Part shown: positions 43,290 through 58,005 of the stretch, piece after piece
Layout: each line of letters begins with the position of its first letter
How positions within the stretch are numbered: the stretch's first letter is position 1
Translations under genes and position numbers: made by a program
Notes under the pieces: generated by a model
What the model saw: the letters and a program-made list of their open reading frames with translations, nothing else
Databases searched by the model: none
Told to the model about the DNA's origin: nothing
DNA from: Eledone cirrhosa
Lineage: Eukaryota
Length of the DNA stretch: 64,000 nt
Assembly (NCBI GenBank): GCA_964016885.1
Contig: OZ024751.1
Location: 31,310,001-31,374,000, forward strand
Reading direction: 5' to 3'

Positions 43290-44715
43290 ACATGCACATA
43301 TATACATATTGCATTTTTAACAGTGAATTTCCCTTCAGATCTTCAAGGGAGACCTACTTGACGGTGGTGATGGGGGTACCAATTGTAATGGTAGTGATGA
43401 TGCGGAAGGGGTACCAATGGTAGTGTTGATGGGATGTGGTATTGGTGGTGGTGGTGGTGGTGGTGGTGGTGGTGGTGGTAGTCGTGTTGATGGTGATGTT
43501 GGTGGTAGTGGTGATGATGGGAGTAGCAATGATAATGGTAGTGGTGGTGGTGGTGGTGGTGGTGGTGGTGGTGATGATGATGGTAGTGGTGGTGGAGGTA
43601 ACAGGGTGGAGGTAACAGGGTGTAGGTGACAGGGTGGGAGTGTTGAAGTAGGGGGAGGGGATATTCAATAAAAAAAATATGTCAGCACAATCATTATCAT
43701 CAAAGTTTCTAGAATCTTAGAACAGTCAGCATTTAAGGGAGCATATTGGCACCCCTACCATCACCCTCTAACACATCCCCTCTCTCTCTCTCTCTCTACC
43801 ACTACACTCAACCTCCTCTTCCTCTAACTACATGCACCCCCAGACTCTTCCACACTACCAGACACCAAAGAAATTCTCTCAATTCCCCCTTTCTCTCTCT
43901 CGCTCTCTCCCTATACACACACCTTCTCCCCCTCTATCCCTACACACACCTCAACGCCCTCTCTCTCCCTATACACACACCTTCTCCCCCTCTATCCCTA
44001 CACACAACTCCCTTTCCCAAACCCCACGGAAAGACTTAACCTGTAAATTAATAAACAGGAAGAGAAAAAAATTCAGGAGGTAGAGGGAAGAAACAATTTT
44101 TAAAAGGAAAAGGAGGGGCGGGAGAGAAGGACAAACTAAACCCCTGGCTAGGTAGTATATCTCAGATGTGTCTCCTTCCCCTTCACAGACATGATGCAAC
44201 ACATGCTACATCAGCCATTCCACCCCACAGTGGGAGACAAGGGAGTTCCTTCCACCACTACAACAGATAAAGCCTATGGAAGAGGGAAGATCTTATGTTA
44301 TGTTAGAAATAGCAACCAAATCTCCCTCATACACCACTCACCTGCCACAATTCCTCACTCAACAACTACCACCACTCAACCCTCACATCACTCATTATTG
44401 CAATTGTTCTAGATTATGTAGTCATGGGTTGCACTAGAGATAAATAATGGTCTCTACTTTTGGCACAAGGCCAGCAATTACCCCAGTGCATTACTGGTAC
44501 TTTATTTTATCGACCCCGTAAGGATGAAAGGCAAAGTAAACCTCGGCAGGATTTGAACTCAGATAATAAAGGGCCGTAACTCTATGCTGTAAAGCATGGC
44601 GTCCGACACTCTACTGATACTGCCAATCCACCACCCTAATAATAATAATAATGATTGTGTGTGAATGTGATAGTGTGTATATGTATGGAAGTGACTGTGT
44701 GTGTGTATGCATAGG

Positions 44716-44764
<49 letters not shown>

Positions 44765-44883
44765 ATAAGGGAGGGTGAATATGGAAGTGCCAGTATGTGT
44801 TTTAGTTATGAAGACCAGTGTTTGTCAGTAATAAAACATTTTTAAAGCTATATCTGGCGTCACAAGTTCTGTTAATTGGAAGA

Positions 44884-45160
44884 ATACTACTACTACTACC
44901 ACTACTACTACCACTACCATTACCTCTACCACTACCACCACTACTACTACTACTACTACTACCACTACTACCACCACTACCTCTACCACTACCACCACTA
45001 CTACTACCACTACTACCACTACTACCACTACCTCTACCACTACCACCACCACTACTACCACTACTACCACCATTACCACTACTACCACCACTACCACTAC
45101 TACCACTACTACTACCACTACTACTACCACTACTACCACTACTACCACTACTACTAGTAG
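44884..45160. repeat. (TAC/CAC)n repeat
   Basis: Direct inspection. Confidence 0.95.
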
Positions 45161-45257
45161 TAATAATAATAATGGTAATAATAGTAATAAAAACAAAGAT
45201 GATGATATCAGTGAACTTATGTGCTATGTTGAAAGTGGAATAAATAGTAATAACAAA

Positions 45258-48200
45258 GGTGATGACAATGATGATGGCAATGGTGATGATGGCAATGGTG
45301 ATGATGATGATGGCAATGGTGATGATGATGATGGCAATGGTGATGATGATGATGGCAATGGTGATGATGATGGCAATGGTGATGATGATGGCAATGATGA
45401 TGATGGCAATGGTGATGATGATGGCAATGGTGATGATGATGATGGCAATGGTGATGATGATGGCAATGGTGATGATGATGGCAATGATGATGATGATGGC
45501 AATGGTGATGGTGATGATGGCAATGGTGATGATGGCAATGGTGATGATGATGGCAATGATGATGATGGCAATGATGATGATGGCAATGGTGATGATGATG
45601 GCAATGATGATGATGATGGCAATGATGATGATGATGGCAATGATGATGATGGCAATGGTGATGATGATGGCAATGATGATGATGGCAATGGTGATGATGG
45701 CAATGATGATGATGGCAATGATGATGATGGCAATGGTGATGATGATGGCAATGATGATGATGATGGCAATGGTGATGATGGCAATGATGATGATGGCAAT
45801 GGTGATGATGATGGCAATGATGATGATGATGGCAATGATGATGATGATGGCAATGATGATGATGGCAATGGTGATGATGATGGCAATGATGATGATGGCA
45901 ATGGTGATGATGGCAATGATGATGATGGCAATGATGATGATGGCAATGGTGATGATGATGGCAATGATGATGATGATGGCAATGGTGATGATGGCAATGA
46001 TGATGATGGCAATGGTGATGATGATGGCAATGGTGATGATGATGGCAATGGTGATGATGATGGCAATGGTGATGATGGCAATGGTGATGATGATGGCAAT
46101 GGTGATGATGATGGCAATGGTGATGATGATGGCAATGGTGATGATGATGGCAATGGTGATGATGATGGCAATGGTGATGATGATGATGGCAATGGTGATG
46201 ATGGCAATGGTGATGATGATGGCAATGGTGATGATGATGGCAATGATGATGATGGCAATGGTGATGATGATGGCAATGGTGATGGTGATGATGGCAATGG
46301 TGATGATGGCAATGGTGATGATGATGGCAATGGTGATGATGGCAATGGTGATGATGATGGCAATGGTGATGATGATGGCAATGGTGATGGTGATGATGGC
46401 AATGGTGATGATGATGGCAATGGTGATGATGGCAATGGTGATGATGATGGCAATGATGATGATGGCAATGGTGATGATGGCAATGGTGATGATGATGGCA
46501 ATGGTGATGATGATGGCAATGGTGATGATGATGGCAATGGTGATGATGGCAATGGTGATGATGATGGCAATGGTGATGATGATGGCAATGGTGATGATGG
46601 CAATGGTGATGATGATGGCAATGGTGATGATGGCAATGGTGATGATGATGGCAATGGTGATGATGGCAATGGTGATGATGATGGCAATGGTGATGATGGC
46701 AATGGTGATGATGATGGCAATGGTGATGATGGCAATGGTGATGATGATGGCAATGGTGATGATGATGGCAATGGTGATGATGATGGCAATGGTGATGATG
46801 GCAATGGTGATGATGATGGCAATGGTGATGATGGCAATGGTGATGATGATGATGGCAATGGTGATGATGGCAATGGTGATGATGATGGCAATGGTGATGA
46901 TGGCAATGGTGATGATGATGGCAATGGTGATGATGGCAATGGTGATGATGATGGCAATGGTGATGATGGCAATGGTGATGATGATGGCAATGGTGATGAT
47001 GGCAATGGTGATGATGATGGCAATGGTGATGATGATGGCAATGGTGATGATGGCAATGGTGATGATGATGGCAATGGTGATGATGGCAATGGTGATGATG
47101 ATGGCAATGGTGATGATGGCAATGGTGATGATGGCAATGGTGATGATGATGGCAATGGTGATGATGGCAATGGTGATGATGATGGCAATGGTGATGATGG
47201 CAATGGTGATGATGATGGCAATGGTGATGATGGCAATGGTGATGATGATGGCAATGGTGATGATGGCAATGGTGATGATGATGGCAATGGTGATGATGGC
47301 AATGGTGATGATGATGGCAATGGTGATGATGATGGCAATGGTGATGATGATGGCAATGGTGATGATGGCAATGGTGATGATGATGGCAATGGTGATGATG
47401 GCAATGGTGATGATGATGATGGCAATGGTGATGATGGCAATGGTGATGATGATGGCAATGGTGATGATGGCAATGGTGATGATGATGGCAATGGTGATGA
47501 TGGCAATGGTGATGATGATGGCAATGGTGATGATGATGGCAATGGTGATGATGGCAATGGTGATGATGATGGCAATGGTGATGATGGCAATGGTGATGAT
47601 GATGGCAATGGTGATGATGATGGCAATGGTGATGATGATGGCAATGGTGATGATGGCAATGGTGATGATGATGGCAATGGTGATGATGGCAATGGTGATG
47701 ATGATGGCAATGGTGATGATGGCAATGGTGATGATGATGGCAATGGTGATGATGGCAATGGTGATGATGATGGCAATGGTGATGATGATGGCAATGGTGA
47801 TGATGGCAATGGTGATGATGATGGCAATGGTGATGATGATGGCAATGGTGATGGTGATGATGGCAATGGTGATGATGGCAATGGTGATGATGATGGCAAT
47901 GGTGATGATGGCAATGATGATGATGGCAATGATGATGATGGCAATGGTGATGATGATGGCAATGATGATGATGATGGCAATGGTGATGATGATGGCAATG
48001 ATGATGATGATGGCAATGGTGATGATGGCAATGATGATGATGGCAATGGTGATGATGATGGCAATGGTGATGATGGCAATGATGATGATGGCAATGGTGA
48101 TGATGATGGCAATGATGATGATGATGGCAATGGTGATGATGGCAATGGTGATGATGATGGCAATGGTGATGATGGCAATGGTGATGATGGCAATGATGAT

Positions 48201-49502
48201 GATGATGGCAATGGTGATGATGGCAATGATGATGATGGCAATGGTGATGATGATGGCAATGGTGATGATGGCAATGATGATGATGGCAATGGTGATGATG
48301 ATGGCAATGATGATGATGATGGCAATGATGATGATGGCAATGGTGATGATGATGGCAATGGTGATGATGATGGCAATGGTGATGGTGATGATGGCAATGG
48401 TGATGATGGCAATGGTGATGATGATGGCAATGGTGATGATGGCAATGATGATGATGGCAATGATGATGATGGCAATGGTGATGATGATGGCAATGATGAT
48501 GATGATGGCAATGGTGATGATGATGGCAATGGTGATGATGATGGCAATGATGATGATGGCAATGATGATGATGGCAATGGTGATGATGATGGCAATGATG
48601 ATGATGATGGCAATGGTGATGATGGCAATGATGATGATGGCAATGGTGATGATGATGGCAATGATGATGATGATGGCAATGGTGATGATGGCAATGATGA
48701 TGATGGCAATGGTGATGATGATGGCAATGATGATGATGGCAATGGTGATGATGATGGCAATGGTGATGATGATGGCAATGGTGATGATGATGGCAATGGT
48801 GATGATGATGGCAATGATGATGATGGCAATGATGATGATGGCAATGGTGATGATGATGGCAATGATGATGATGATGGCAATGATGATGATGGCAATGATG
48901 ATGATGGCAATGATGATGATGGCAATGGTGATGATGATGGCAATGGTGATGATGATGGCAATGGTGATGATGGCAATGATGATGATGGCAATGGTGATGA
49001 TGATGGCAATGATGATGATGATGGCAATGATGATGATGGCAATGATGATGATGGCAATGGTGATGATGATGGCAATGGTGATGATGATGGCAATGGTGAT
49101 GATGGCAATGATGATGATGGCAATGGTGATGATGATGGCAATGGTGATGATGATGGCAATGGTGATGATGATGGCAATGGTGATGATGGCAATGATGATG
49201 ATGGCAATGGTGATGATGATGGCAATGATGATGATGATGGCAATGATGATGATGGCAATGATGATGATGGCAATGGTGATGATGGCAATGATGATGATGG
49301 CAATGGTGATGATGATGGCAATGGTGATGATGATGGCAATGGTGATGATGGCAATGATGATGATGGCAATGGTGATGATGATGGCAATGGTGATGATGGC
49401 AATGGTGATGATGATGGCAATGGTGATGATGGCAATGATGATGATGGCAATGATGATGATGATGGCAATGGTGATGATGGCAATGGTGATGATGGCAATG
49501 GT
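45258..49502. repeat. 4.2-kb triplet-phased satellite GGC-AAT-(GGT)-(GAT)2-4
   Basis: Direct inspection; source of the >1400-aa pseudo-ORFs. Confidence 0.97.
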
Positions 49503-49643
49503 GCTGTGTGAACCTATGTGCAACGTGCAACGTGGAATCACCAAAAGGGAGTGAGAGGCATGAAGAATGGCGTCTTAATTTATTTGGCCAATAGCCAAGA
49601 TATTTCAGAACTGCACATATAACATTTACAGAGAGAGAGATAT

Positions 49644-49684
<41 letters not shown>

Positions 49685-49711
49685 CATACATACATACATA
49701 CACGCACACAC

Positions 49712-49754
<43 letters not shown>

Positions 49755-49937
49755 CACGCACACAGATATATACATACATACACTAACATACACACACACA
49801 GATACATAATATATATACACACACATACATATATACACACACACATGTATATATACACACACACATGTATATATACACACACATGTATACACATATATAC
49901 ACACACACATATATACACACACACACACATATACACA

Positions 49938-49999
<62 letters not shown>

Positions 50000-50281
50000 A
50001 ACACACACACAGTTTGCAGCAATGTTCCATGCTTATATAATTCTTTCATAGGAACAATTGTTGTTCATGTTTCATGCTGTAATGTAGCCTACATTGCATA
50101 ATGTGGCCTACATAGGGGATTGGAATGTGGCCTACATGGTGGAATGTGGCCTACATGGTGGAATGTAACCTACATGGTGGAATGTAACCTACATGGCATA
50201 ATGTGACCTACATGGTGGAACGTTAACATTCTACTGAAGTAGGATCTGGACCTGAATAGCTCTGGTTCAGAGAGGTTAAAG

Positions 50282-50730
50282 TAGAGCAGGTACATGTACC
50301 CTGATTACAGACACAACAACAATAGATTAGGTACATGTACCCTGATTACAGACACAACAACAATAGATTAGGTACATGTACCCTGATTAGGGGCGCAGCA
50401 ACAATAGAGCAGGTACATGTACCCTGATTACAGACACAACAACAATAGATTAGGTACATGTACCCTGATTACAGACACAACAACAATAGATTAGGTACAT
50501 GTACCCTGATTACAGACACAACAACAATAGATTAGGTACATGTACCCTGATTACAGACACAACAACAATAGATTAGGTACATGTACCCTGATTACAGACA
50601 CAACAACAATAGATTAGGTACATGTACCCTGATTACAGACACAACAACAATAGATTAGGTACATGTACCCTGATTAGGGGCGCAGCAACAATAGAGCAGG
50701 TACATGTACCCTGAATAGAGACACAACAAC
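50282..50730. repeat. 41-bp minisatellite, ~11 copies
   Basis: gtacatgtaccctgattacagacacaacaacaatagattag; two variant units with ggggcgcagc. Confidence 0.95.
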
Positions 50731-50769
50731 AGAATGACTGCAGACAGAATTGAATTTGTGACTATATAT

Positions 50770-51370
50770 ATGTAAACAATGAGTTATTTGGTTTGTTGAT
50801 TATTCAACAAAGTTAATTTACAACAGATTAGAAGCACTCAACAATATTTATCCGGAGTATCATTAATATCAATAATAATAATAAATGGAAAATATCTTTA
50901 TAAAACCATATTTATTTTATTATACATATTTTAGTACATTTTCGTCAGATAAAATACAATAATTGGTGCAAAGATAGTGACATATCTTCATGTTATAAGT
51001 TCATTGAAGATAGTGAATATAATTTTTCAAAACTCAGGGGAAATATGCTAATGAAGATAACATTAGGGGAAATATGCTAATGAGGATAACATTAAAACTG
51101 AAAAGGACTTAAGTTTACATGCTAAATAGATTTTAAATATTTATCTAATTTTTTTTTTTTAAAGGGTTTGCTATTAAATTTGAAAAATTATATTCACTAT
51201 CTTCAATGAACTTATAGCATGAAGTTCACATGAAGATATGTCACTATCTTTACACCAATTATTGTATTTTATCTGACGAAAGTGTACTAAAATATTTGTA
51301 CCCTTGAAATACGTATAATGAAATAAATATGGCTTTATAAAGATATTTTCCATTTATTAATATTATTTAT
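50770..51370. mobile_element. Fold-back element family C (diverged arms)
   Basis: Arms ~50875-51031 and ~51179-51365. Confidence 0.8.
51265..51324 (+). ncRNA. Minimal type I hammerhead ribozyme
   Basis: tattttat-CUGACGA-aagtgtac..gtaccctt-GAAA-tacgta-UA-atgaaata; palindromic stem III; predicted cut after 51317. Confidence 0.85.
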
Positions 51371-52332
51371 AGAGATATAGACGGGTGCGTGTATGTGTGT
51401 GTGTGTTTGTGTATATGCGTATATACACGCGCATGTGTGCGTGTGTGCCTCTCTGTGTGCATGTATGCGTATATTTGTGTGACTATTTCTGTGTGTGAAC
51501 GTAAGCACACAAGCTACTCTGTATGTATCTGTCAGTATCTGTGTGTGTGTGTGTGTGTGTGCGCGAGTGGGAGTGTGAGCTGACAAACAGCACTAATTTT
51601 GCCGACGGGGCAGTGGGTGAGTGACAGCTCACGCCCTGACGGTCAGCGGGCTGCTACAACTGGTCAGAATAATGATGACGTCACTAACCAGTGACCAACC
51701 CAAAGACACGCAAAGCGGATGAAGGTGGACGATATAGGGTTGTAGGGCCAGAAAACCCCAGAAAGAGGATATGATCCGAAATCAATAGACATGACCAAGG
51801 AACCTGCAAGTCTAGAGTCAGGTAGATCCACTCACGGATCTCACCTCAAGTTGTTTGCCAGGGAAACAATTGTAACACACAATAAATTGAGATCCGATGC
51901 ATCACTGATTTTTCATTTTCCATTCTATATATATATATATAGATGTGTGTGTAAGTGTGTGTGAGTGTGTGTGTACAGAGTATAGTGATTATATAGTGCA
52001 TATACAACTTTTGATAACATCCTATACAGAATATATATATAGTGTGTGTGTGTGTGCGTCATCATCATTTCCATTTAGCGTCAAACCTTCCATGATTGCC
52101 GGGAGGCAAGTCTGGCCATTGTTGGCCATTGTTGCACTTGCTCTGGCAAGGACTATAAATTTGGCCAGGTATTTTACAGCTGGAGGCCCTTCCTAACACC
52201 AACCACATATAGGTTATTATATGAGTAACTTGTGGTTGCTAACGGCGACGCTGGTCAAAGCACTTGATGTTATTACAGGGACCATCCCTCATTGGGTTGA
52301 GTTCCAGGTTTAAGGTGGCTGTAGTTTTCAGA

Positions 52333-52380
<48 letters not shown>

Positions 52381-53244
52381 GAGTTGCAATGGCAGTGGTG
52401 TTATGGTGTATTATGCTGTGCCATTTCTTTGTGGTGGAGATAGGGAAAACTGGCATGTGTGAGTGTGTGAGTGTGTGTGTGTGATTATGTGTTTGTAGTG
52501 TTTGTGTAGTGTTTATGTGAATGGGGTTGTGATTGTGTGTGTGTGTGAATATATGGCAAACGTTTGTGTGTACATGTAATCAATGTATATATATATGTCT
52601 ATGTATGTCAATGTATGTGTGTGTCCATGTGTGTATGTATGCCAATATAATAGGTCAGTTGCTTACGCAATTACACATAACATTTATACACACACACACA
52701 CATATGTATGTGTGTGTGTATATATATATATATATGTGCATGTGTATGTGTGTAACTTAATTACACATACAACTCTTTATAAAGACACCAAACATTTTTT
52801 TATCATTTTATAAATGACAAGTCTTTTAGAGCAGGAAACTGGAGGGTGAGGGGTAGACCGGGGGAGGGGCAGGAATTTACGGGGGGGGGGGGGTTAAAAA
52901 TAGATGGAGACGTTGGAAAGAAAGAGAAAACATATCACTACCACCTGGCTATAAACAAACCCAGATCCCCAACAACACCCTCAGCTACCCCCACCCACCT
53001 CACCCACATTTTCTATTGATAAGGGGGCACTAACATCTTTGAAAGGCTTTATTTTATGTTTGACTATCAGTAGTGTAGTAGATTGGGAATATCATTGATT
53101 TCACTGGTCCTTAGTACATTATCGGTATCTAACGCACACCAGTGGTCCTCAGTACATTACCGGTATCCAACACACACCATTAGTCCTCAGTACATTACCG
53201 GTATCTAACAGGTGTGTATGAACACTCCAATATGTGGTGGTGGT

Positions 53245-53540
53245 AGTGTTACAATACTATGTAACAGGTGTATGTGGTGTTACAATACTATGTAACACAG
53301 GTGTGTATGGTGTTACAATACTATGTAACACAGGTTTGTATGGTGTTACAATACTATGTAACAGGTGTATGTGGTGTTACAGTACTATGTAACACAGGTG
53401 TGTGTGTGTGGTGTTACAATACTATGTACCACAGGTGTGTATATGGTGTTACAAAACTATGTAACAGGTGTGTATGGTGTTACAATACTATGTAACACAG
53501 GTGTGTGTGGTGTTACAATACTATGTAACACAGGTGTGTA
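53245..53540. repeat. ~32-bp minisatellite with internal hairpin, ~9 copies
   Basis: tgttaca-atacta-tgtaaca in each unit. Confidence 0.9.
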
Positions 53541-54380
53541 TTCTTGTATACATGTATACATATATACATATATAATATACACACCTATATACATACAAAT
53601 ATACACACATACAAACATATATAAATAAATATATATATATTCACACATATATACGTACATACATATACAGATATACATATACATACATATATACACACAT
53701 ACATATATACACACATATATATACACACATACATATACACACATACATATACACACATACATATACATACATATATATATACACATACATACATTTACAT
53801 ACATATATATACACATACATACATTTACATACATATATATACACATACATACATTTACATACATATATATACACATACATACATTTACATACATATATAT
53901 ACACATACATACATATATACACATACATACATATACACACATTTATATATATATACACATACATATATACATACATACATATACACACATACATACATAT
54001 ACATACATATACACACATATATATACATATGTGTGTGTGTATTAAATATATAGATAAAAGACACTATATAAATATATATACATACTTACATAAGAGACAT
54101 AGTAGCGAGTAGTGTGGGTATAAGAGAACCAATTCTACACCAGTGAAAGCAACAGTGCTGCCACTAAATTGTAACAGTATTACATCTGCCTGACTACACA
54201 CACACAGACACTCACACACATTGATGCTCTCCATCACACATACACACACACACACTGATGCTCTCTCTCACATATACACACAGCTCCATCAATGGTGGTG
54301 CTGGAATGAGGGGAGAGGTATCTGGCGGAAAGGGATTGGAGGGGCAGGTTATTATGGGGGGAAAGTATAGTTTATATATA

Positions 54381-54411
<31 letters not shown>

Positions 54412-54452
54412 GATACACACACACATATATACACACACACACATATATATAT

Positions 54453-54483
<31 letters not shown>

Positions 54484-54595
54484 AGTGTAAATCTAAATAT
54501 AACATCAGTTTATATATAAATATCCATATAACGCATGTGTATCTGGTTTAGAATATATACACTGTATCCTTGCATGTCATAAGACGTGACTAAAA

Positions 54596-55270
54596 GTGTT
54601 ATCAGGAAGGACATGTGTTATCAGGAAGGACATGTGTTATCAGGAAGGACAAGTGTTATCAGGAAGGACATGTGTTATCAGGAAGGACAAGTGTTATCAG
54701 GAAGGACAAGTGTTATCAGGAAGGACATGTGTTATCAGGAAGGACATGTGTTATCAGGAAGGACAAGTGTTATCAGGAAGGACAAGTGTTATCAGGAAGG
54801 ACATGTGTTATCAGGAAGGACATGTGTTATCAGGAAGGACAAGTGTTATCAGGAAGGACATGTGTTATCAGGAAGGACATGTGTTATCAGGAAGGACAAG
54901 TGTTATCAGGAAGGACATGTGTTATCAGGAAGGACATGTTATCAGGAAGGACATGTGTTATCAGGAAGGACAAGTGTTATCAGGAAGGACATGTTATCAG
55001 GAAGGACATGTGTTATCAGGAAGGACATGTGTTATCAGGAAGGACATGTGTTATCAGGAAGGACATGTTATCAGGAAGGACAAGTGTTATCAGGAAGGAC
55101 ATGTGTTATCAGGAAGGACATGTGTTATCAGGAAGGAGATGTGTTATCAGGAAGGACATGTTATCAGGAAGGACATGTGTTATCGGGAAAGACAAGTGTT
55201 ATCAGGAAGGACATGTGTTATCAGGAAGGACATGTGTTATCAGGAAGGACATGTGTTATCAGGAAGGACA
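54596..55270. repeat. 19-bp minisatellite (17-bp variants) inside an RTE-type tail
   Basis: gtgttatcaggaaggaca(t/a); last unit runs into tccagccgtaaaac...acccatgccaatatggaaaag...(GAT)n. Confidence 0.95.
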
Positions 55271-55494
55271 TCCAGCCGTAAAACATTGCCTTGAAACATT
55301 TTATCCAACCCATGCCAATATGGAAAAGTCAGTATAAAATTAATGATGATGATAATAACTATGATAATGACAATGATGACAACAATGATGATGATAACAA
55401 TGTCGATGATTATGATGATGGTGGTGATGACGGTGGTGATGATGATGATGATGGTGGTGATGACAGTGGTGATGATGATGAATACTTATAGAAG

Positions 55495-57068
55495 TATTCC
55501 AATCGTTTAAACAACAACAACCTGCTCATGAAATTAACTTCTAAGGGGTTGAGCATTCTACAGACACCTGCACCAATAAGCCAGTTCTCAGGGAGATTCA
55601 GAGTGACACTGCATAACAAAGCTGGCCCATTGGATTATGGGTTAAACTCATTTTTGATGTTTGAGTAGGCTAGATCAACATGAAATAAAGTGTCTTGCTC
55701 AAGGACACAGTGGACTGGAACAACATGAAATAAAGTGTTTTGCTCAAGGACATAGTGGACTGGGGCAACAAGGAATAAAGTGTCTTGCTCAAGGACACAG
55801 TGGACTGGGGTAACATGAAATAAAGTGTTTTGCTCAAGGACATAGTGGACTGGGGCAACAAGGAATAAAGTGTCTTGCTCAAGGACACAGTGGACTGGGG
55901 CAACATGAAATAAAGTGTCTTGCTCAAGGACATAGTGGACTGGGGCAACAAGGAATAAAGTGTCTTGCTCAAGGACATAGTGGACTGGGGCAACAAGGAA
56001 TAAAGTGTCTTGCTCAAGGACACAGTGGACTGGGGCAACATGAAATAAAGTGTCTTGCTCAAGGACATAGTGGACTGGGGCAACAAGGAATAAAGTGTCT
56101 TGCTCAAGGACACAGTGGACTGGAGCAACATGAAATAAAGTGTTTTGCTCAAGGACATAGTGGACTGGGGCAACATGAAATAAAGTGTCTTGCTCAAGGA
56201 CATAGTGGACTGGGGCAACATGAAATAAAGTGTCTTGCTCAAGGACATAGTGGACTGGGGCAACATGAAATAAAGTGTTTTGCTCAAGGACATAGTGGAC
56301 TGGGGCAACATGAAATAAAGTGTCTTGCTCAAGGACATAATGGACTGGGGCAACATGAAATAAAGTGTTTTGCTCAAGGACATAGTGGACTGGGGCAACA
56401 TGAAATAAAGTGTCTTGCTCAAGGACATAATGGACTGGGGCAACATGAAATAAAGTGTCTTGCTCAAGGACATAGTGGACTGGGCAACATGAAATAAAGT
56501 GTTTTGCTCAAGGACATAGTGGACTGGGGCAACAAGGAATAAAGTGTCTTGCTCAAGGACATAGTGGACTGGAGCAACATGAAATAAAGTGTTTTGCTCA
56601 AGGACATAGTGGACTGGGGCAACAAGGAATAAAGTGTCTTGCTCAAGGACATAGTGGACTGGGGCAACAAGGAATAAAGTGTCTTGCTCAAGGACATAGT
56701 GGACTGGGGCAACAAGGAATAAAGTGACTTGCTCAAGGACATAGTGGACTGGAGCAACATGAAATAAAGTGTTTTGCTCAAGGACATAGTGGACTGGGGC
56801 AACAAGGAATAAAGTGTCTTGCTCAAGGACATAGTGGACTGGAGCAACATGAAATAAAGTGTTTTGCTCAAGGACACAGTGGACTGGGGCAACATGAAAT
56901 AAAGTGTTTTGCTCAAGGACATAGTGGACTGGGGCAACAAGGAATAAAGTCTCTTGCCACAGTCCAGTAAAACTCATTCTCGCTGTTTCAGTGGATTGGT
57001 CTAGGAATTAAACTCATGACTTTACAATCATGAGCTGAACACTAACCACTGAGCCATATACCTTCATA
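55495..57068 (-). mobile_element. SINE with internally expanded 45-bp minisatellite (55676-56957, ~28 copies)
   Basis: Head at ~57000-57068 (tggctcagtggttag, gagtttaattcc); unit caacatgaaataaagtgtcttgctcaaggacatagtggactgggg equals the SINE core; body continues at 55495-55675. Confidence 0.88.
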
Positions 57069-57568
57069 ACACTTTAGAAACACACATACACATTGTGGAC
57101 TATGGTGTAGTGGTAGTAATAAAAATGTGAAGAATATACAAGAGGAACAGCTGGTATGGTGGTTGGTGGGGAAGAGAGGGATGGTTCAGGAAATATTTAG
57201 TAGTAGTAGTGGTTGTGGTAAGATAGTATTAGTGGTGGTAAGGTAGTGTTAGTGATGGTAAGGTAGTGTTAGTGTATGTATGCGAGAACGTCTGTGCATA
57301 TGAATAAGTGTGTATATATATATATATCATAATAATAATAATTGTTTCTACTTTTGGCACAAGGCCAGCAATAACCCAGTACATTACTGGTACTTTATTT
57401 TACCGACCCCGAAAGGATAAAGGCAAAGTTAACCTCGGTGGGATTTGAACTCAGAATGGCAAGGGCCGTAACTATGCGTCAAAGCATGGTGTCCGACCCT
57501 CTACTGATACTGCCAATCCACAATGATTTCTTTATAATAAAAATGATTGTGTAGTGCTCAGGTATATA

Positions 57569-57612
<44 letters not shown>

Positions 57613-57916
57613 TGTGTGTATGTATGTGAGAATGCGTGTATTATATATTCATTTATGAATATGTATGTATATATATATGTATGTGTGTTTATGAGTGCCT
57701 CACACTTACATAGTTCATTTTAAAGATTGATATATATATATACACACAAACATGTGTGTGTGTGTGTGAAACGCACGTGAGGCATGATCCTTGAACCCAT
57801 TGAAAAGGGCAGTAACTCTTGAATAAGAATTGGCTCCCATCTGACAATCTGCTCAACTCTTGCCAGCATGGAGAGACAGGATGTTCAATATATATATACA
57901 TATATATATATATATA

Positions 57917-58005
57917 GAAGAGATTCTATATTAAAACTTTTATACTCTGCTATGTATTGAGTACCTTACTTACTGTGGTTACCTCCGATTCAACCCCGAA
58001 TAACT
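57917..58005 (+). mobile_element. Family A 3' tail fragment
   Basis: Reverse complement of 968-1046, between (TA)n tracts. Confidence 0.8.

Noticed and set aside
44802-49779. 1400-1580-aa ORFs
   Set aside because: Open in five frames only because the triplet satellite lacks stops; no synonymous variation.
54586-56977. 230-435-aa repeat ORFs
   Set aside because: Translations of retroposon-derived minisatellites.
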